DNA from: Candidatus Marinacidobacterales bacterium
GTDB taxonomy: Bacteria > Acidobacteriota > Vicinamibacteria > Marinacidobacterales > DATDRI01
Length of the DNA: 64,000 nt
Assembly: GCA_965219415.1 (NCBI GenBank)
Contig: OZ244742.1
Location: 1,120,001-1,184,000, forward strand
Direction: 5' to 3'
Shown here: positions 1 through 12,690 of the stretch, one piece after another
Layout: each line of letters begins with the position of its first letter
Numbering within the stretch: the stretch's first letter is position 1
Position numbers and translations under genes: made by a program
The notes under the pieces: generated by a model
What the model saw: the letters and a program-made list of their open reading frames with translations, nothing else
What the model was told of the DNA's origin: nothing
Databases searched by the model: none

Positions 1-1489
1 CGTCTTCGGTGGCAATCTGCTCATAGGTTTTGCCTGCTTTGATTCGGTCGAGCCAGGAGAGGGCGTTGGCGATATTGCGCAGGAGTGTGCGGTCGACGGA
101 TTTCGTGGGGTTGCCCAGAACGAGCTTGGTCTCGACGCCGCGTCGACGCAAGCGGAACGGTGCGTGGATGCGGAGTGCGTCCTCGCGAATGCGGTCGGGT
201 CCCATAGACAGGCAATCAGCGAACGTATTGCGGTCGAGCAGGATGGACACAGAGCCTGGGCTGATATCGACCCGCCGGATGAAACGGAGCAGGCAGGCTG
301 CCGAGGTACTATCATCATTACTACCGGAACACAGCCCGTCTAAAAAGCGACGCACCGAGGCGAGCTCTTGCATCGTCGGAGTGTGGATCAACGAGGCCGA
401 GAAGGTCGTGGCATCCACATGCTGTCGGATGAGATGCACGACGGTCTGTTCGAGCATCGGGGCGGGCAGTCGCCAGCCGGAGAAGTCCTTTTGGCCACTG
501 TGCTGGATGAGGCGCCGGGAGACGTAGTAGCGGAGCCGTTGCCCGTTTTTCTTTTTGGTGTGGCTCGGCGTCAGCCGGTCCCCGGTCTCATCGAAGAGCT
601 TGCCTGCCAGTGGGGAACGGGTTGCACGGCCCTTCGTCGTGCGTCTCCTTGGTTTGGCAGCCCCTGCCTGCAGCTGCGTTTGGACCGCGTCCCAGAGCTC
701 CGGAGCAATGATCGATGGATGCTGGCCCTCGTAGACACGCCTCTGGTGCCGGATGCGGCCGGCGTAGAGAGGATTGGTCAGCAGGCAGTGGAGGTGTCCG
801 CGACGAAACGGCAGCCCGCCCGTTAGGGTTCCATCCGCGGCGAAGCGTCGCTTGGTGCGCAGTCCCAGACGGTCCGCGTCGGCCTTCACCTGCCGGAGCG
901 TTCCGTGCTTTCGGTACAGCGCATAGAGCGTCCGGACCGTTTCGGCCTCAGCCTCGTTGATGCGCAGCGTGCGCTCGTCCTTCTCATAGCCGAGCGGTAC
1001 GCGGCCGCCCATCCATAGTCCCTTGCGCTTGGAGGCAGCGACCTTATCGCGGATCCGCTCGGCCGTGACTTCTCGCTCGAATTGTGCGAAGGACAGCAGC
1101 ATATGCAGCGTCAGTCGTCCCATGCTGGTCGCGGTGTTGAAGGACTGAGTCACCGAGACGAAAACCGCGCCGGCCGCCTCGAGTCGCTCGACGAGCTTTG
1201 CAAAGTCGGAGAGGGAACGGGTCAGCCGGTCGACCTTGTAGACCACAATCTGCTCGACGAGACCGGCATCGATGTCGGCGAGCAAGCGCTGTAGGCCCGG
1301 GCGCTCCAGGGTTCCTCCCGAGATCCCCGCGTCCTCGTAGACGGTTGGCAGCAGCACCCAGCCCTCCGCTTTCTGGCTTGCGACATACGCGGCGCAGGCC
1401 TCTCGCTGCGCATCGAGGGAGTTGAAATCCTGTTCGAGACCCTCTTCAGCGCTCTTTCGGGTATAGATGGCGCAGCGGATTTTTGTCAT
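1..1489 (-). CDS. Large serine recombinase (resolvase + recombinase domains), runs off the left edge
   Basis: Manual translation from ATG 1489: MTKIRCAIYTRKS..NSLDAQRE..YEDAGISG..RPGLQRLL..VYKVDRLTRS..SFAQFERE..GLWMGG. Open to position 1, so absent from the ORF track. Confidence 0.92.
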   Translation of the reverse strand, partial: MTKIRCAIYTRKSAEEGLEQDFNSLDAQREACAAYVASQKAEGWVLLPTVYEDAGISGGTLERPGLQRLLADIDAGLVEQIVVYKVDRLTRSLSDFAKLVERLEAAGAVFVSVTQSFNTATSMGRLTLHMLLSFAQFEREVTAERIRDKVAASKRKGLWMGGRVPLGYEKDERTLRINEAEAETVRTLYALYRKHGTLRQVKADADRLGLRTKRRFAADGTLTGGLPFRRGHLHCLLTNPLYAGRIRHQRRVYEGQHPSIIAPELWDAVQTQLQAGAAKPRRRTTKGRATRSPLAGKLFDETGDRLTPSHTKKKNGQRLRYYVSRRLIQHSGQKDFSGWRLPAPMLEQTVVHLIRQHVDATTFSASLIHTPTMQELASVRRFLDGLCSGSNDDSTSAACLLRFIRRVDISPGSVSILLDRNTFADCLSMGPDRIREDALRIHAPFRLRRRGVETKLVLGNPTKSVDRTLLRNIANALSWLDRIKAGKTYEQIATED

Positions 1490-1490
1490 G

Positions 1491-1925
1491 TCAGGCCTTG
1501 CGCTTGGGCGTCAGACCGAAAAAGCGTGGTCCTGACCAGTGTGTGCCGGTGATTCGCTTTGTGATGGTGGTGAGGGACGGGTAGGTTTTGCCGTCGAACC
1601 GATAGCCGTTATCGAGTACCTCGACCTGGTAGGTGCGGCCATTCCACTTGCGGACGAGATAGGTGCCGGCAGAAACGGACCCTGCGGGAGCAGAGTGTTT
1701 TGGTGTGCCGTTCGCCATGGCGGCCAGAGCGCGTCGGGTTGCAGCCGAATGCCCCCCATGGGTCCGGCATTGGCGTTCGTACGCAAGAACGCGGCGCAGG
1801 AGAGCGCGTGAGAGCGAGCTTGGTGGAGCGGACCCAAAGGTCTGCTCCCAGGCCCGCCGCAGGCTGGCGAGGTCCAAACCGTCCAGAACGACCCTCCGGC
1901 CAGCTCTTGTATCCTGCGGCATCAC
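1491..1925 (-). CDS. DUF2924 domain protein
   Basis: GTYLVRKWNGRTYQVEV..YPSLTTITKRITGTHWSGPRFFGL; directly upstream of the recombinase, the usual pairing. Confidence 0.85.
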   Translation of the reverse strand: MMPQDTRAGRRVVLDGLDLASLRRAWEQTFGSAPPSSLSRALLRRVLAYERQCRTHGGHSAATRRALAAMANGTPKHSAPAGSVSAGTYLVRKWNGRTYQVEVLDNGYRFDGKTYPSLTTITKRITGTHWSGPRFFGLTPKRKA

Positions 1926-2190
1926 CGGACGTTCGCTCTTTTGCGCCGTAAAGTCCAGTCCAATGGGCGCTTCCGCGGGTGCGCAGTTCGCGGCCTGCAG
2001 CTCGTCCTGCAGCCGATTTGAGCCAGCCAGCCGTGCGTACCCCAGTGGGCCTGTCGCCCGCCACCCGCAGCCCAGGGGTCGGAAGCCAGCCTTGGCGCGA
2101 AATACCCCGGATTCTGCGCGGATTCCAAGGGCGTCTAAGCTGCTGATTTGTGGTCTATTTCAAAAGAGTCGAGTCTTGGCACAGGACGGG

Positions 2191-2313
2191 ATGGCGGAGA
2201 ATTCCTACCAACGGCGCGATATGAGCCTTCCTCAGCTCATGGTCGATCCGGCCCTGAAATCACTAGCCGAGGAGCTGGGGATGGTCGAACTCCAAGGCAA
2301 AATGAGGCTCTAG
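2191..2313 (+). pseudogene. Orphan C-terminal fragment of a TPR-type protein
   Basis: AENSYQRRDMSLPQLMVDPALKSL resembles the AY..RD..L..LKVDP..D.LR tail of TPR/kinase proteins. Confidence 0.35.
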
Positions 2314-2511
2314 ACCTACTCGTAGCGAAGCGCGGTGACCGGAGCGACACTGGCCGCCCGGCGTGCCGAGAGGTAGCTCGCCAACATCGTGGTTCCACCA
2401 TCCGCATCGTTGGCTGCGGACGCCGGTGTCAAACCGTAGACTTTGCAAAGAGTTATCCATCTGTAGCTCTTTTTTACAATGGCGGCCGGAAAACGTTCCT
2501 ATAATGACGGT

Positions 2512-2989
2512 ATGGGAAAGCTTCTTTTGCTGTTCGTCATCGTCCCCGCCGCGGAGCTCGCTCTTCTCATCCAAGCGGGAATCTATCTCGGTACGTGGCT
2601 GACGCTCGCCTTGATCGTCTTCACCGGCATCGTGGGTGCGTATCTGGCACGGCGGCAAGGTCTCTCGGTTTTGACCCGCGCTCAGAAGCAGATGGCCCGT
2701 GGCGAGGTCCCCGCGGGCTCGCTTGCGGACGGCGTCATGATCCTCGTCGCGGGCGCACTGCTGATGACACCGGGGATCTTCACCGACGCATTCGGCTTCT
2801 CGTTGCTCGTGCCCGGCTTCCGCAACCCTCATCAAAGACACCTTGCTGGCGCGCTTCCGTAAAGCGGTCGAAGAAAATCGATTGCACGTGCACGTCTCCG
2901 GGATGGGATTCGAGGCCGACTCGGGCCCGGTGGTGGACAGCCGACCCGAGAGCTTCGAGCCCAATCCGCCGAAATACAAAGTGCATTGA
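2512..2989 (+). pseudogene. fxsA: FxsA family membrane protein, frameshifted near 2826
   Basis: LLFVIVPAAELALLIQAG..GALLMTPGIFTDAFG; removing one C in AACCCTC gives LIKDTLLARFRKAV..KYKVH*. Confidence 0.8.
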
Positions 2990-3129
2990 CCGCGTCGTGT
3001 CCAAAAATACAAACGAACTCTAAGACCCGCGCGACGGGCCGTCGCCGAGTTCATCTATCATTATCATGGAGAGCACAACCATCAAGGGCTGGGTGCTTCC
3101 GCCATTAAGTGTTGGTGAGATGACGCTAA

Positions 3130-3246
3130 CTGCTTTAAACTCGTCATCAAACTCCCGGCAGGGTCGCCGGGGCTGCGTTGTCTTTGCCATTGTGGACATC
3201 GTATCCACCTTTCAGAAAGTGTGTCCACGAAACTGGATCAAGCCCA
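3130..3246 (-). mobile_element. IS3-family left-end remnant
   Basis: TGGGCTTGATCCAGTTTCGTGGACAC terminus followed by an orfA-like start MAKTTQPRRPCREFDDEFKA; truncates the adjacent IS256 transposase. Confidence 0.55.
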
Positions 3247-4346
3247 TTGAGATTCTCAATGGCGTTCGTCGTGGCAAGAGACTGGCGAAGTAAGGCGGGC
3301 AGCGCGAGCTTCACGACCGTGAGTGTCTCTTCCATCCCTTCACGAAGGCTTCCGGCAGCTTCGTCGTAGCCGTTTCGCTCGAGCCACGACACCAATGCCT
3401 GAAGTCGCTTGCGCGCCTTGTCGGCACTCTTGCACTTGTAGGCTTCCTTCATCGTCTGGAGCACGTAGGCGTGACGAGACTTGGGAAGGTACGAGCGAAG
3501 ATTCCGGAGTTTATGGATCTGGCACCTTTGGATGACCGCGAGGTCCCCCAAAACGTCGACGAGTGCCTTGCGGATGCCTTTGCCTCCGTCCACTACGCAG
3601 AGAATCGACTCATCGACGCGCAAGCCCCGCTCGAGAAGGTCCTGCAACATCGCGGTGCACACCCGAGAGTTCTCCGTCGAGCCCAGCCATATACCCAGGG
3701 GCACCTTCGTTCCATCTATTGTGATACCTAGAGTTACGACGACGGTCTGTCCGGCCACCTCAAGGCCATCCAGCATCAGTGCCGCAAGCTCGAACTCCTC
3801 TAGCCGCCGAGACAGGTATTCCTCGAGCTTCTTAGTCGTCTGGCTCACGAGGTGACGGCTGGCGGCACTCTTACTCGTGCCACGAGACTTCAACTTGGCC
3901 GCGGGTTTGTCCAGACTCGATTCGTAATTTCGGGTCGATACCCCCACCAAGATCTGATTCAACGCTCGCTCTGGAAGCGGGTCTTCTTCGCGGAAGGCTT
4001 CGAAGTGTGGAAGCGACGCCTCCTCGCCCGACTTCGAGCGAACTCGAGGTCGCGACACTTGGATGCGACGACCACCGAAGCTCAGCTCTCCGTTCGTGCT
4101 CCCCCAGTGGTTATGAGTTCGCTCCTTCTCGTGCTTGCCCTTGAGCCCCGCGATCTCCTCGGCGTCCTCTCTGAGCAGTAGGTGCAGAGCTGTCAGTCTT
4201 TGCTCGTACACCCATTCCGTCAGTTCCGCCTTCGTGGCCGCGATCCCAGCTATCATCGGTAGCAGTATCTGACCGACTTGGCCAACTACCTTGCCCGTAG
4301 GCGAGTGCGTTTGCTTTCTTACTGGCTTCTTTGATTTCCTAGGCAT
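3147..4346 (-). pseudogene. IS256 transposase, C-terminally truncated
   Basis: GVSTRNY, LMLDG, VVDGGKG, QRCQIHK, TTNAIENLN (Mutator-type DDE); the ORF tail is IS3-derived. Confidence 0.85.
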
Positions 4347-4451
4347 TGGTGGCTCCTTGTCCCCCTCTGGAGACGGTTGTTTGGCAGACCTATTCTTAGG
4401 CCGGCCAAGGAGCCGCCGCTACCCCAAATTCAACGTCCGGCGGGACATCCC
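3247..4451 (-). mobile_element. IS256-family element, 3' truncated
   Basis: GGGATGTCCC terminus near 4451 plus an IS256 transposase cut off after TTNAIENLN. Confidence 0.8.
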
Positions 4452-4878
4452 CATAATCAAGGTCTCAAAGCTTTAGCCGCCGCAGAGCGATTTTCGTCGA
4501 AGTCGACGAAAACCAGAAGACTCGAAGAGTACTGGTCCGAGTATCTGAAACTAATCGAAGACATCGCAAACGAACGGGACTACACAGCTTCGCTCAAGAG
4601 AGCGCTGGAGGGGTTTGCACGTCGAAATGCAGACAAAAGACTAACCGACGACGGTCTAGTTGTTGAGGGTACTGGAGGCGAACCGGTGAACTGGGACTTC
4701 AGGTTGGCTTCTATCACTTTTTTTTGTCAGCGTCACCGGGGATTGGACCTAACCCAACGGCGTCGATGAAAGGCCTTTGCAAGTGGAACTAACGACCGAA
4801 GAGATCGCTATCGACAGACTTGCTGAAGTATTGGACAAGGTAGTCGACGAGGTGTGTTCTGGGGTCCGAGGCCCTTAC

Positions 4879-6191
<1,313 letters not shown>

Positions 6192-6592
6192 TACTGTCTC
6201 GGACTAGAAAAGTTGTCGCGCCAACTCAAGCAAGCTTCTCAGTCCGGCGATAAGGAAGCGCTTCGGCAACACCTGGGGGGTTTGTACCAAAATGCGACGT
6301 CACACAGAGGACTACAGGACGTCATGGTGAAAATCGACTCAAAAGAGTGGTATCGATTACTCGACGAGTTATCCGAGGAAGCTAAGAGGATTATGAAGGG
6401 CCTTGGTTAGGTAGGAAAACGATCGCATGGGAGAAGCCGGCGAGGCGAGGACACGCCGGGGGACCAGCGAAGAAAAGCAAAGGGTTTAGAGAGGAAGCCC
6501 GCCGCTACCTGCACCGAGTAATAGAGGAGTTGTATCGCGAAGTCTAAGGAAAAAAGCCCTCAATTGCCGTCTCGAAGGGGGCGCGTGATATT

Positions 6593-6616
6593 GGAACTCG
6601 GTCCGGACCGAGTTCC
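6593..6616. terminator. Perfect 24-bp palindrome downstream of glpK
   Basis: GGAACTCGGTCCGGACCGAGTTCC; no long U-tract. Confidence 0.4.
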
Positions 6617-6630
6617 CCTGCTCCTGGTCC

Positions 6631-8133
6631 CTACTCAACCCAATCAAAAGTGCGTTCCACGGCTTTGAGCCATCCCTTGTAGAGCTTTTCTCGCTTGTCT
6701 GAGTCCATCTCTGGCTGCCAGGCCTTGTCCATCGCCCAGTTAGTACGGAGCTCGGACTCATCCTTCCAAAATCCCACCGCTAATCCTGCTGCGTAGGCGG
6801 CGCCGAGGGCCGTCGTTTCATTCACCTTGGGGCGGACGACGGGGACGCCGAGGATGTCGGCTTGGAACTGCATGAGCATCTCGTTAACGACCATGCCACC
6901 GTCCACCTTGAGTTCCTTGAGGTCGACTCCGGAATCCTTGTGCATGGCTTCCAGCACTTCTCTGGTTTGGTAGGCGCTGGCTTCGAGGGCGGCGCGGGCA
7001 AAGTGACCCATGTTGACATAGCGGGTGAGGCCGACGATGGCGCCGCGGGCGTCGGTCTTCCAATAGGGTGCGAAGAGTCCAGAAAATGCGGGGACGAAGT
7101 AGATGCCACCGCTGTCTTCGACGGTCGCGGCCAGGGGTTCGATATCGGCTGAGTCTTGGATGAGTCCGAGGTTGTCGCGGAGCCACTGAATCAAAGCCCC
7201 GGTAATGGCGACCGATCCTTCGAGGGCATAGTGGGCGGGTTGTTGGTCGATTTGATAACCGACCGTCGTGAGGAGGCCGCTCTTCGAGGGAACGATGTCA
7301 GTGCCGGTGTTGAGGAGCATGAAGCAACCGGTTCCGTAGGTATTTTTGGCCTCTCCGATGTCGTAGCAAGTCTGGCCGTAGAGCGCAGCTTGTTGGTCAC
7401 CGAGATTGCCGCAAACGGGGACCTCGCCACCGACCGGGCCGTCGGCAGACGTCTTTCCGTAGAAGTTGGGATCGCTGGAGGGGCGGATCTCGGGAAGCAT
7501 CTGGCGAGGTATCCCCAAGACTTCGAGAATGTCGTCGTCCCAGTCGAGCGCCTTCAGGTCCATGAGCAACGTGCGGCTGGCGTTGGTGACATCGGTGATG
7601 TGAGCTCCGCCGGTGAGCTGCCAGATGATCCAAGTATCGATGGTGCCGAAGATCGCGTCTCCTTCTTCGGCGGCGACCCGGAGACCATCGACGTGCTCGA
7701 GAAGCCACTTGAGCTTCGGCCCGGAGAAGTACGTACTGAGGGGGAGGCCGGTCTTTTCGCGGAAGCGATCCTGGCCACCTTCGTCTAAGGCTAGCTCGTG
7801 GCAGATGCGGCTGGTGCGTGTGTCTTGCCAGACGACGGCAGGGTGGTAAGGCTTGCCGGTTGTCTTGTTCCAGACGAGAGTGGTTTCGCGTTGGTTGGTG
7901 ATGCCTATCGCCACCAAGTCCTTGGCTTCGACATTTCCCTTTTCCATGGCGCCACGGATGACGTCTTGGGTGCGTTCCCAGATCTCCATCGGATCGTGCT
8001 CGACCCAACCAGGCTTCGGAAAGATCTGCTGGTGCTCGAGCTGATGGGAAGCGAGGATATTGGCTTGACGGTCGAAGATCATGAAGCGGGTGCTGGTCGT
8101 GCCTTGGTCGATGGCTCCCACGTATTTGGGCAT
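6631..8133 (-). CDS. glpK: Glycerol kinase
   Basis: [56 protein letters not shown]. Confidence 0.96.
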   Translation of the reverse strand: MPKYVGAIDQGTTSTRFMIFDRQANILASHQLEHQQIFPKPGWVEHDPMEIWERTQDVIRGAMEKGNVEAKDLVAIGITNQRETTLVWNKTTGKPYHPAVVWQDTRTSRICHELALDEGGQDRFREKTGLPLSTYFSGPKLKWLLEHVDGLRVAAEEGDAIFGTIDTWIIWQLTGGAHITDVTNASRTLLMDLKALDWDDDILEVLGIPRQMLPEIRPSSDPNFYGKTSADGPVGGEVPVCGNLGDQQAALYGQTCYDIGEAKNTYGTGCFMLLNTGTDIVPSKSGLLTTVGYQIDQQPAHYALEGSVAITGALIQWLRDNLGLIQDSADIEPLAATVEDSGGIYFVPAFSGLFAPYWKTDARGAIVGLTRYVNMGHFARAALEASAYQTREVLEAMHKDSGVDLKELKVDGGMVVNEMLMQFQADILGVPVVRPKVNETTALGAAYAAGLAVGFWKDESELRTNWAMDKAWQPEMDSDKREKLYKGWLKAVERTFDWVE

Positions 8134-8203
8134 CGGTTCTTTACTCAGGCTATTGCGGCCCGCATAGTGGCCGCGTAATATCCAGCGTGAAAAAGGAGGA
8201 ATC

Positions 8204-10204
8204 GTGAGAAGAACCCTCTTGCTCCTATGTCTCGCACCCTGTCTCCTCGCTGCCGCGAAACGCCCGTTGACGATTGACGATACGCTCGAGATGGTCCGCT
8301 TGGATGACGTGCTGATATCGCCGGATGGTGACCGGGTATTCTACTCCGAGCAGCACCTGGACTGGGACGAGAACAAGTTCGTGAAGAAGTTCTTCATGAT
8401 TCCCGCGAGAGGCGGTGACGCGGTCGAGTTCGTCAAGGAGGATGGTGGAGAGAGCTTTCAGTTTTCGCCAGACGGGAGTTATTTGTCCTTCTTGCGTGAA
8501 GTGAAAAAAGAGATGCAAGTCTTTCTGATCTTCCTTGCAGGAGGCGAAGCTATGCAGCTCACCAAGCATAAGGGCGGTATCGAGGACTACCGGTGGGCAC
8601 GCGGGGGGCATCGTATCTTCTTCCTTGCCGAAGAGACTCTGAGCGATGAGAAACAAAAGGAGTGAGACAAAGGAGCCGATCCGGTGTTCGTTGACGAAGG
8701 GCCGAACGGTAAGTCGGCCGGGAGGTGGAAGAACCTCTGGATGTTCGATGTCGCGGCGAAGGAAGATGTCCGCCTAACAGATGAGTCTTTCATCGTTAAT
8801 GACTTCGACGTCTCACCCGATGGAAATCGCGTCGTCTTCAACGCACGTCCCGACAACCGTCGGAATTACCCTTTTCTCTCAGAGCTTTACCTAATCGACA
8901 CGCGGCAGCCCGGGTTGCGGAGGCTAACGGAGAACGAAGCCCCCGAACAAAAGCCGGCATGGGCACCGGACGGGAAGACAATTGCTTACCACGCTCCCGA
9001 CGACAAAGTCTTCGAGCTCACCAATGGTTTCGTTTGGATCATGAACCCAGACACCGGTGATGAAAAAAGGCTCCAGGGGCAAAATCTAGGGGAGATCGAC
9101 GACTTGGTGTGGATGCCGGATGGGAAGTCTCTGATCTTCAACGAGTCGCGGCGTACCAACGCGAATCTCTACCGGATCGATTTAGGAACGGATGAAGTGA
9201 CTCCATTGACGAATGCGGCCGGGACGCTACGCACGCGTGGGTTCTCGGCGGATCGCACCCGCATGGTGTATACGTTTGCGGATTTCGACACGCCGCCCGA
9301 TCTATACGCATCCGGCTTGGCGGGTGCCGATCCGGTGCGTCTCACGCGAGCGAATCCTTGGATCGAAGAGGAAATTCAACTCGGGAGAGGACAAGTGCTG
9401 CGATGGAAGAGTAAAGACGGCACCGAGATGGAAGGAGTTTTGCTCTTACCGGACGGCTACGAGGAAGGCGCGAGGATTCCGCTCATGCTCCAGATCCACG
9501 GGGGTCCGTCCGGGTATTGGGCCAATGATTTCGAGCTCGCTTTTCATCTGTTTGCGGGGCTCGGTTACGCATCGCTCGGCCCCAACGTCAGGGGCAGCAG
9601 CGGGTACGGGATTCTGCGGGGTCTGATGGGTGACGTGGGCGGCGGAGAGTTCGACGACCTGATGAGCGGTGTGGATCACGTGATCCAATCGGGGTTCGCG
9701 GATCCGGATCGCATGGGAGCACGCGGATGGAGTTGGGGAGGTGTGCTCGGCGGTTGGGTCGTAACGCATACCGATCGCTTCAAGGCCGCGTCGCTCGGCG
9801 CGATGGTTTGCGATTGGATCGCGGAGTCCGGCCCGGGGTTCAACTTCGACGTCACGCTTTGGTATATCGGCGGGACGCATTGGGACAATCCGGAAGAATG
9901 GCGTAGGCGTTCGGCTCTGACCTACGTCAAAAACGTCACGACACCGACTCTGCTCCTGCACGGTGGAGCCGATACGACGAGTAGCACCAATCAAAGCTTG
10001 ATTTTCTTCACCGCGCTCCGCGACCAAGGGATTCCTACCCGATTCATCAAGTTCCCTCGCCAGAAGCACGGCATTGAGGAGCCTCGGCTAAGACGTATCC
10101 GCGGCGTCGAGGAGGTCCGGTGGATGCAGAAGTATGTCCTCGGCGAAGAGTGGACGCCGTGGGTGCGCGACGAACCGGAGACAGCCGGCGAGGCGTCCCA
10201 CTGA
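8204..10204 (+). pseudogene. Secreted S9-family peptidase (beta-propeller + alpha/beta hydrolase) with in-frame TGA at 8663-8665
   Basis: Signal peptide, SPDG repeats, IHGGP, GWSWGG nucleophile, LLHG..D and catalytic His region; the two ORFs share a frame across KQKE*DKGAD. Confidence 0.85.
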
Positions 10205-10270
10205 AGATCCGGACGAAGCTGGTACCATGGTCGAGGGAGTCTTCCAAAGATTCTCCGACATGAGCCAGCT

Positions 10271-12236
10271 TTGCCGTCCATAAACCAATCCGTATCAACT
10301 AGATACGTCCTATCTCCCCAACGCGGATTCTCGCTGGTCGAGGTTCTGGTCAGCCTCCTTATTACTCTCATCGTGCTCGGGATGGTTTTCCGCACCGCGC
10401 AGATGTTGGTCGCGATCTACCGCACGGAGTCGGAAACCGCCGAAAAAAGTGCCGCCGCCGTCCGGGCGTTCGATGACATCGCGATGGAGTTGGCACGAGC
10501 CGGATACGGTTTGGGCGATGGGGTTCAAGCGGTGTTGCCGTTCGTCATCGGCGGAGGCGGCTCACCCGATGAGATTACGCTGCGCTCGAATGCTGCGGGC
10601 ATCGCGACGAAGCTCGAGGGCGAGCTCGTCTCGGCCGGTGAAGCCGTGGCGGTGAGCCATGCGGAGCTTTTTCAAGAAGGCGACAAGGTCTTACTGATTC
10701 AGACGGGTGGTTTCGCAGAACGCGCGGAGGTCACCGACGTGGGCGGAGGTTACGTTGGCCTTTCGCTCGCTCGAGGGTGACGACGGCGAGTTGGTGTACG
10801 AGTACTTGCCGGAGCACGGAGCCCGGGTGGTGCGACTCCAAGAGATTGGCTATTCACTCGAGCCCGCACCCGAAGGACACGGCAATCTGCTCACCAAGAC
10901 GGCTTTCGATCGATCGCCCCGGGTCCTTGCCCGCAACGTGGAAGAGCTCCATTTCGAGTACCTAGACGATCAGGGGGGGCCTCTCTCGGATGACAGTCTC
11001 GAGCGGACCAGCTTGTTGGCGACGGTCCGAATCACGATGACGTACTCGTTCGGCGACACCGCACTCGATGAGCGAACACTGGCGACGGCGATTACGCTCG
11101 ACCAGCAATCCGCGGGCGTGGACTTCGCTGAGCCGGGATACGGCGTGAGACTGACTCGGTTCTTCTCTCCCATCTCGAAACCAGCCGGCGTTGCGAAGCG
11201 AGCGACGGCGGACTGGAAGGTGATCCTGTCTTCCGGGAACGATCCTTCGCTGGACAGGTCCTATCTCTATTCTTTCCTGTCCGAGACGCGTTATCTCGAA
11301 GCTCGGCAGGACACGGTGACTTGGCTCGAAGACGTTCGAAGCCCGGTGGCGATGTGCTTCGGCCCGGAGAGAACTTCTTTCGCCGGGTCTTTGTTCGTCG
11401 CCGCTTCGGGACTTCGAATCGGGCACTTGGCTCGGGTTCATCCTGATGAGAACGGAGTGTTCTCGGCAGATTCCAAAGTCGATACGTTCGAGGGCACGGA
11501 GGCGCTAGCGCAGATCGGGGGGATCGCATTCGGGCTGGACGGCGCACTCTACGTCACGAGCCAGGAAAAAGGCGCCATCTTCCGCTTTCGTTTCGGATCA
11601 GACGGAAAACCTTTGGCGCCCAAGAAAGTTACCGATGTCGAGGGAAGCCCACGGGCGATGGTAGCGGGATTCGACGGGGAGCTGTACTTCTTGCTGGATC
11701 AGGCGAACGAAACATCTTTGTGGAGATTTCCGTTCGATGAGTCCGGTGATCCGGAGTCTCCGACCGCGATTGGCAACCTAGATGGACAAGCGGTCTCTTT
11801 AGCGGCGGACTCACTCTCGGGCAGTCTTTTCGCCCTGGTCCGCGAGCGACGGGGAGACACCGTCGTGGTGGAGCTCGACTCGGCTTGGATCGCAGGCTCG
11901 TCGGAGGAGCCGATTCGCGTTTTCAGCCTCGACGATCTCAGAGAGGAAAGCATGGAAGGGCGATCGCAAGACCGCGAGATCGAGACGAAACGCGCCGCGA
12001 CCAGCCTCACGTCGACACGCCTCGCGACGAGCCTCGTGCCCGAGACGTTGGACTTCCTCGCCTTCGACAACCTCGGGTTCCTCTATCTCGGGGCACGAGA
12101 AAAGGACTTGGTCTTGAAGTTCGATCTGGATCGCCTAGGAGGCTCTCGGCACATCGTGAACATCGCCGCGGCGACAGAAGCAGGGTCACGGAAGGCAAGG
12201 CTGCACGCATGGCGAAAGAATCGGCTCGGAATCTGA
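10271..12236 (+). pseudogene. Type IV pilin-like (PilW-like) protein with C-terminal beta-propeller-like region, frameshift near 10743
   Basis: Prepilin motif QRGFSLVEVLVSL; RVLARNVEELHFEYLD..VRITM; then GIAFGLDGALYVT-type repeats. Confidence 0.7.
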
Positions 12237-12595
12237 ACGCGAGCGAGCGGGGCAGCGCGATGGTCGTGGTGCTGCTGATGTTGCTCGTGCTCTTGCCGCT
12301 GAGTCTCATTCTTGCGCGGCTCGTGATGCAGTGGAGCAGGAGTACGCGGCGCGGGCGGGCTTCGAAGATGCGCTCAGGCAATTGGGCATGAACGAGCTGA
12401 AGCTAGGCCTCGATGAGTCGACGGAGTTTCAACTGGAGGGATTCGAAGGGCACGGCGCTCGAGTGAAAGTCAGCCGGGAGGCCGACGCCGTCTTGAGCCT
12501 CGAGGGGCGCATCCTAGAGGGAGTCGAAGCGACCAAAGCGGATCTCGATCAGATAGGCGTGGATCCGGACCTCCGCCGCGTCTACAAGTTCCGCG
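12210..12595 (+). pseudogene. PilX-like minor pilin, frameshifted and truncated by an IS256 end
   Basis: ERGSAMVVVLLMLLVL N-terminus then YAARAGFEDAL; breaks at the IS end GAAAGTGTGCC. Confidence 0.6.
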
Positions 12596-12690
12596 AAAGT
12601 GTGCCAATCTTAGTTGGGAATTGAAACGGCTCCAAACCCCGTGGTTCCCCCTTGGTCTAATGCACGTTCACGAGTTGCTCGACGACGAAG
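12595..12690 (+). mobile_element. Internally deleted left end of the IS256 found at 45404-46837
   Basis: GAAAGTGTGCCAATCTTAGTTGGGAATTGAAACGGCTCCAAACCCCGTGGT joined to CCCCCTTGGTCTAATGCACGTTCACGAGTTGCTCGACGACGAAGT; both match the reverse complement of the 46.6-46.8 kb region. Confidence 0.9.

Larger units (their letters stand above)
1..2190. mobile_element. Serine-recombinase integrative element, right-hand part
   Basis: DUF2924 + recombinase pair; a non-coding stretch then runs into an N-terminally truncated host ORF near 2190. Boundary approximate. Confidence 0.5.

Noticed and set aside
8663-8665. TGA in the S9 peptidase as Sec or genome-wide recoding
   Set aside because: Not a Cys-like position; TGA is used as a normal stop elsewhere, and other genes have premature TAA and TAG
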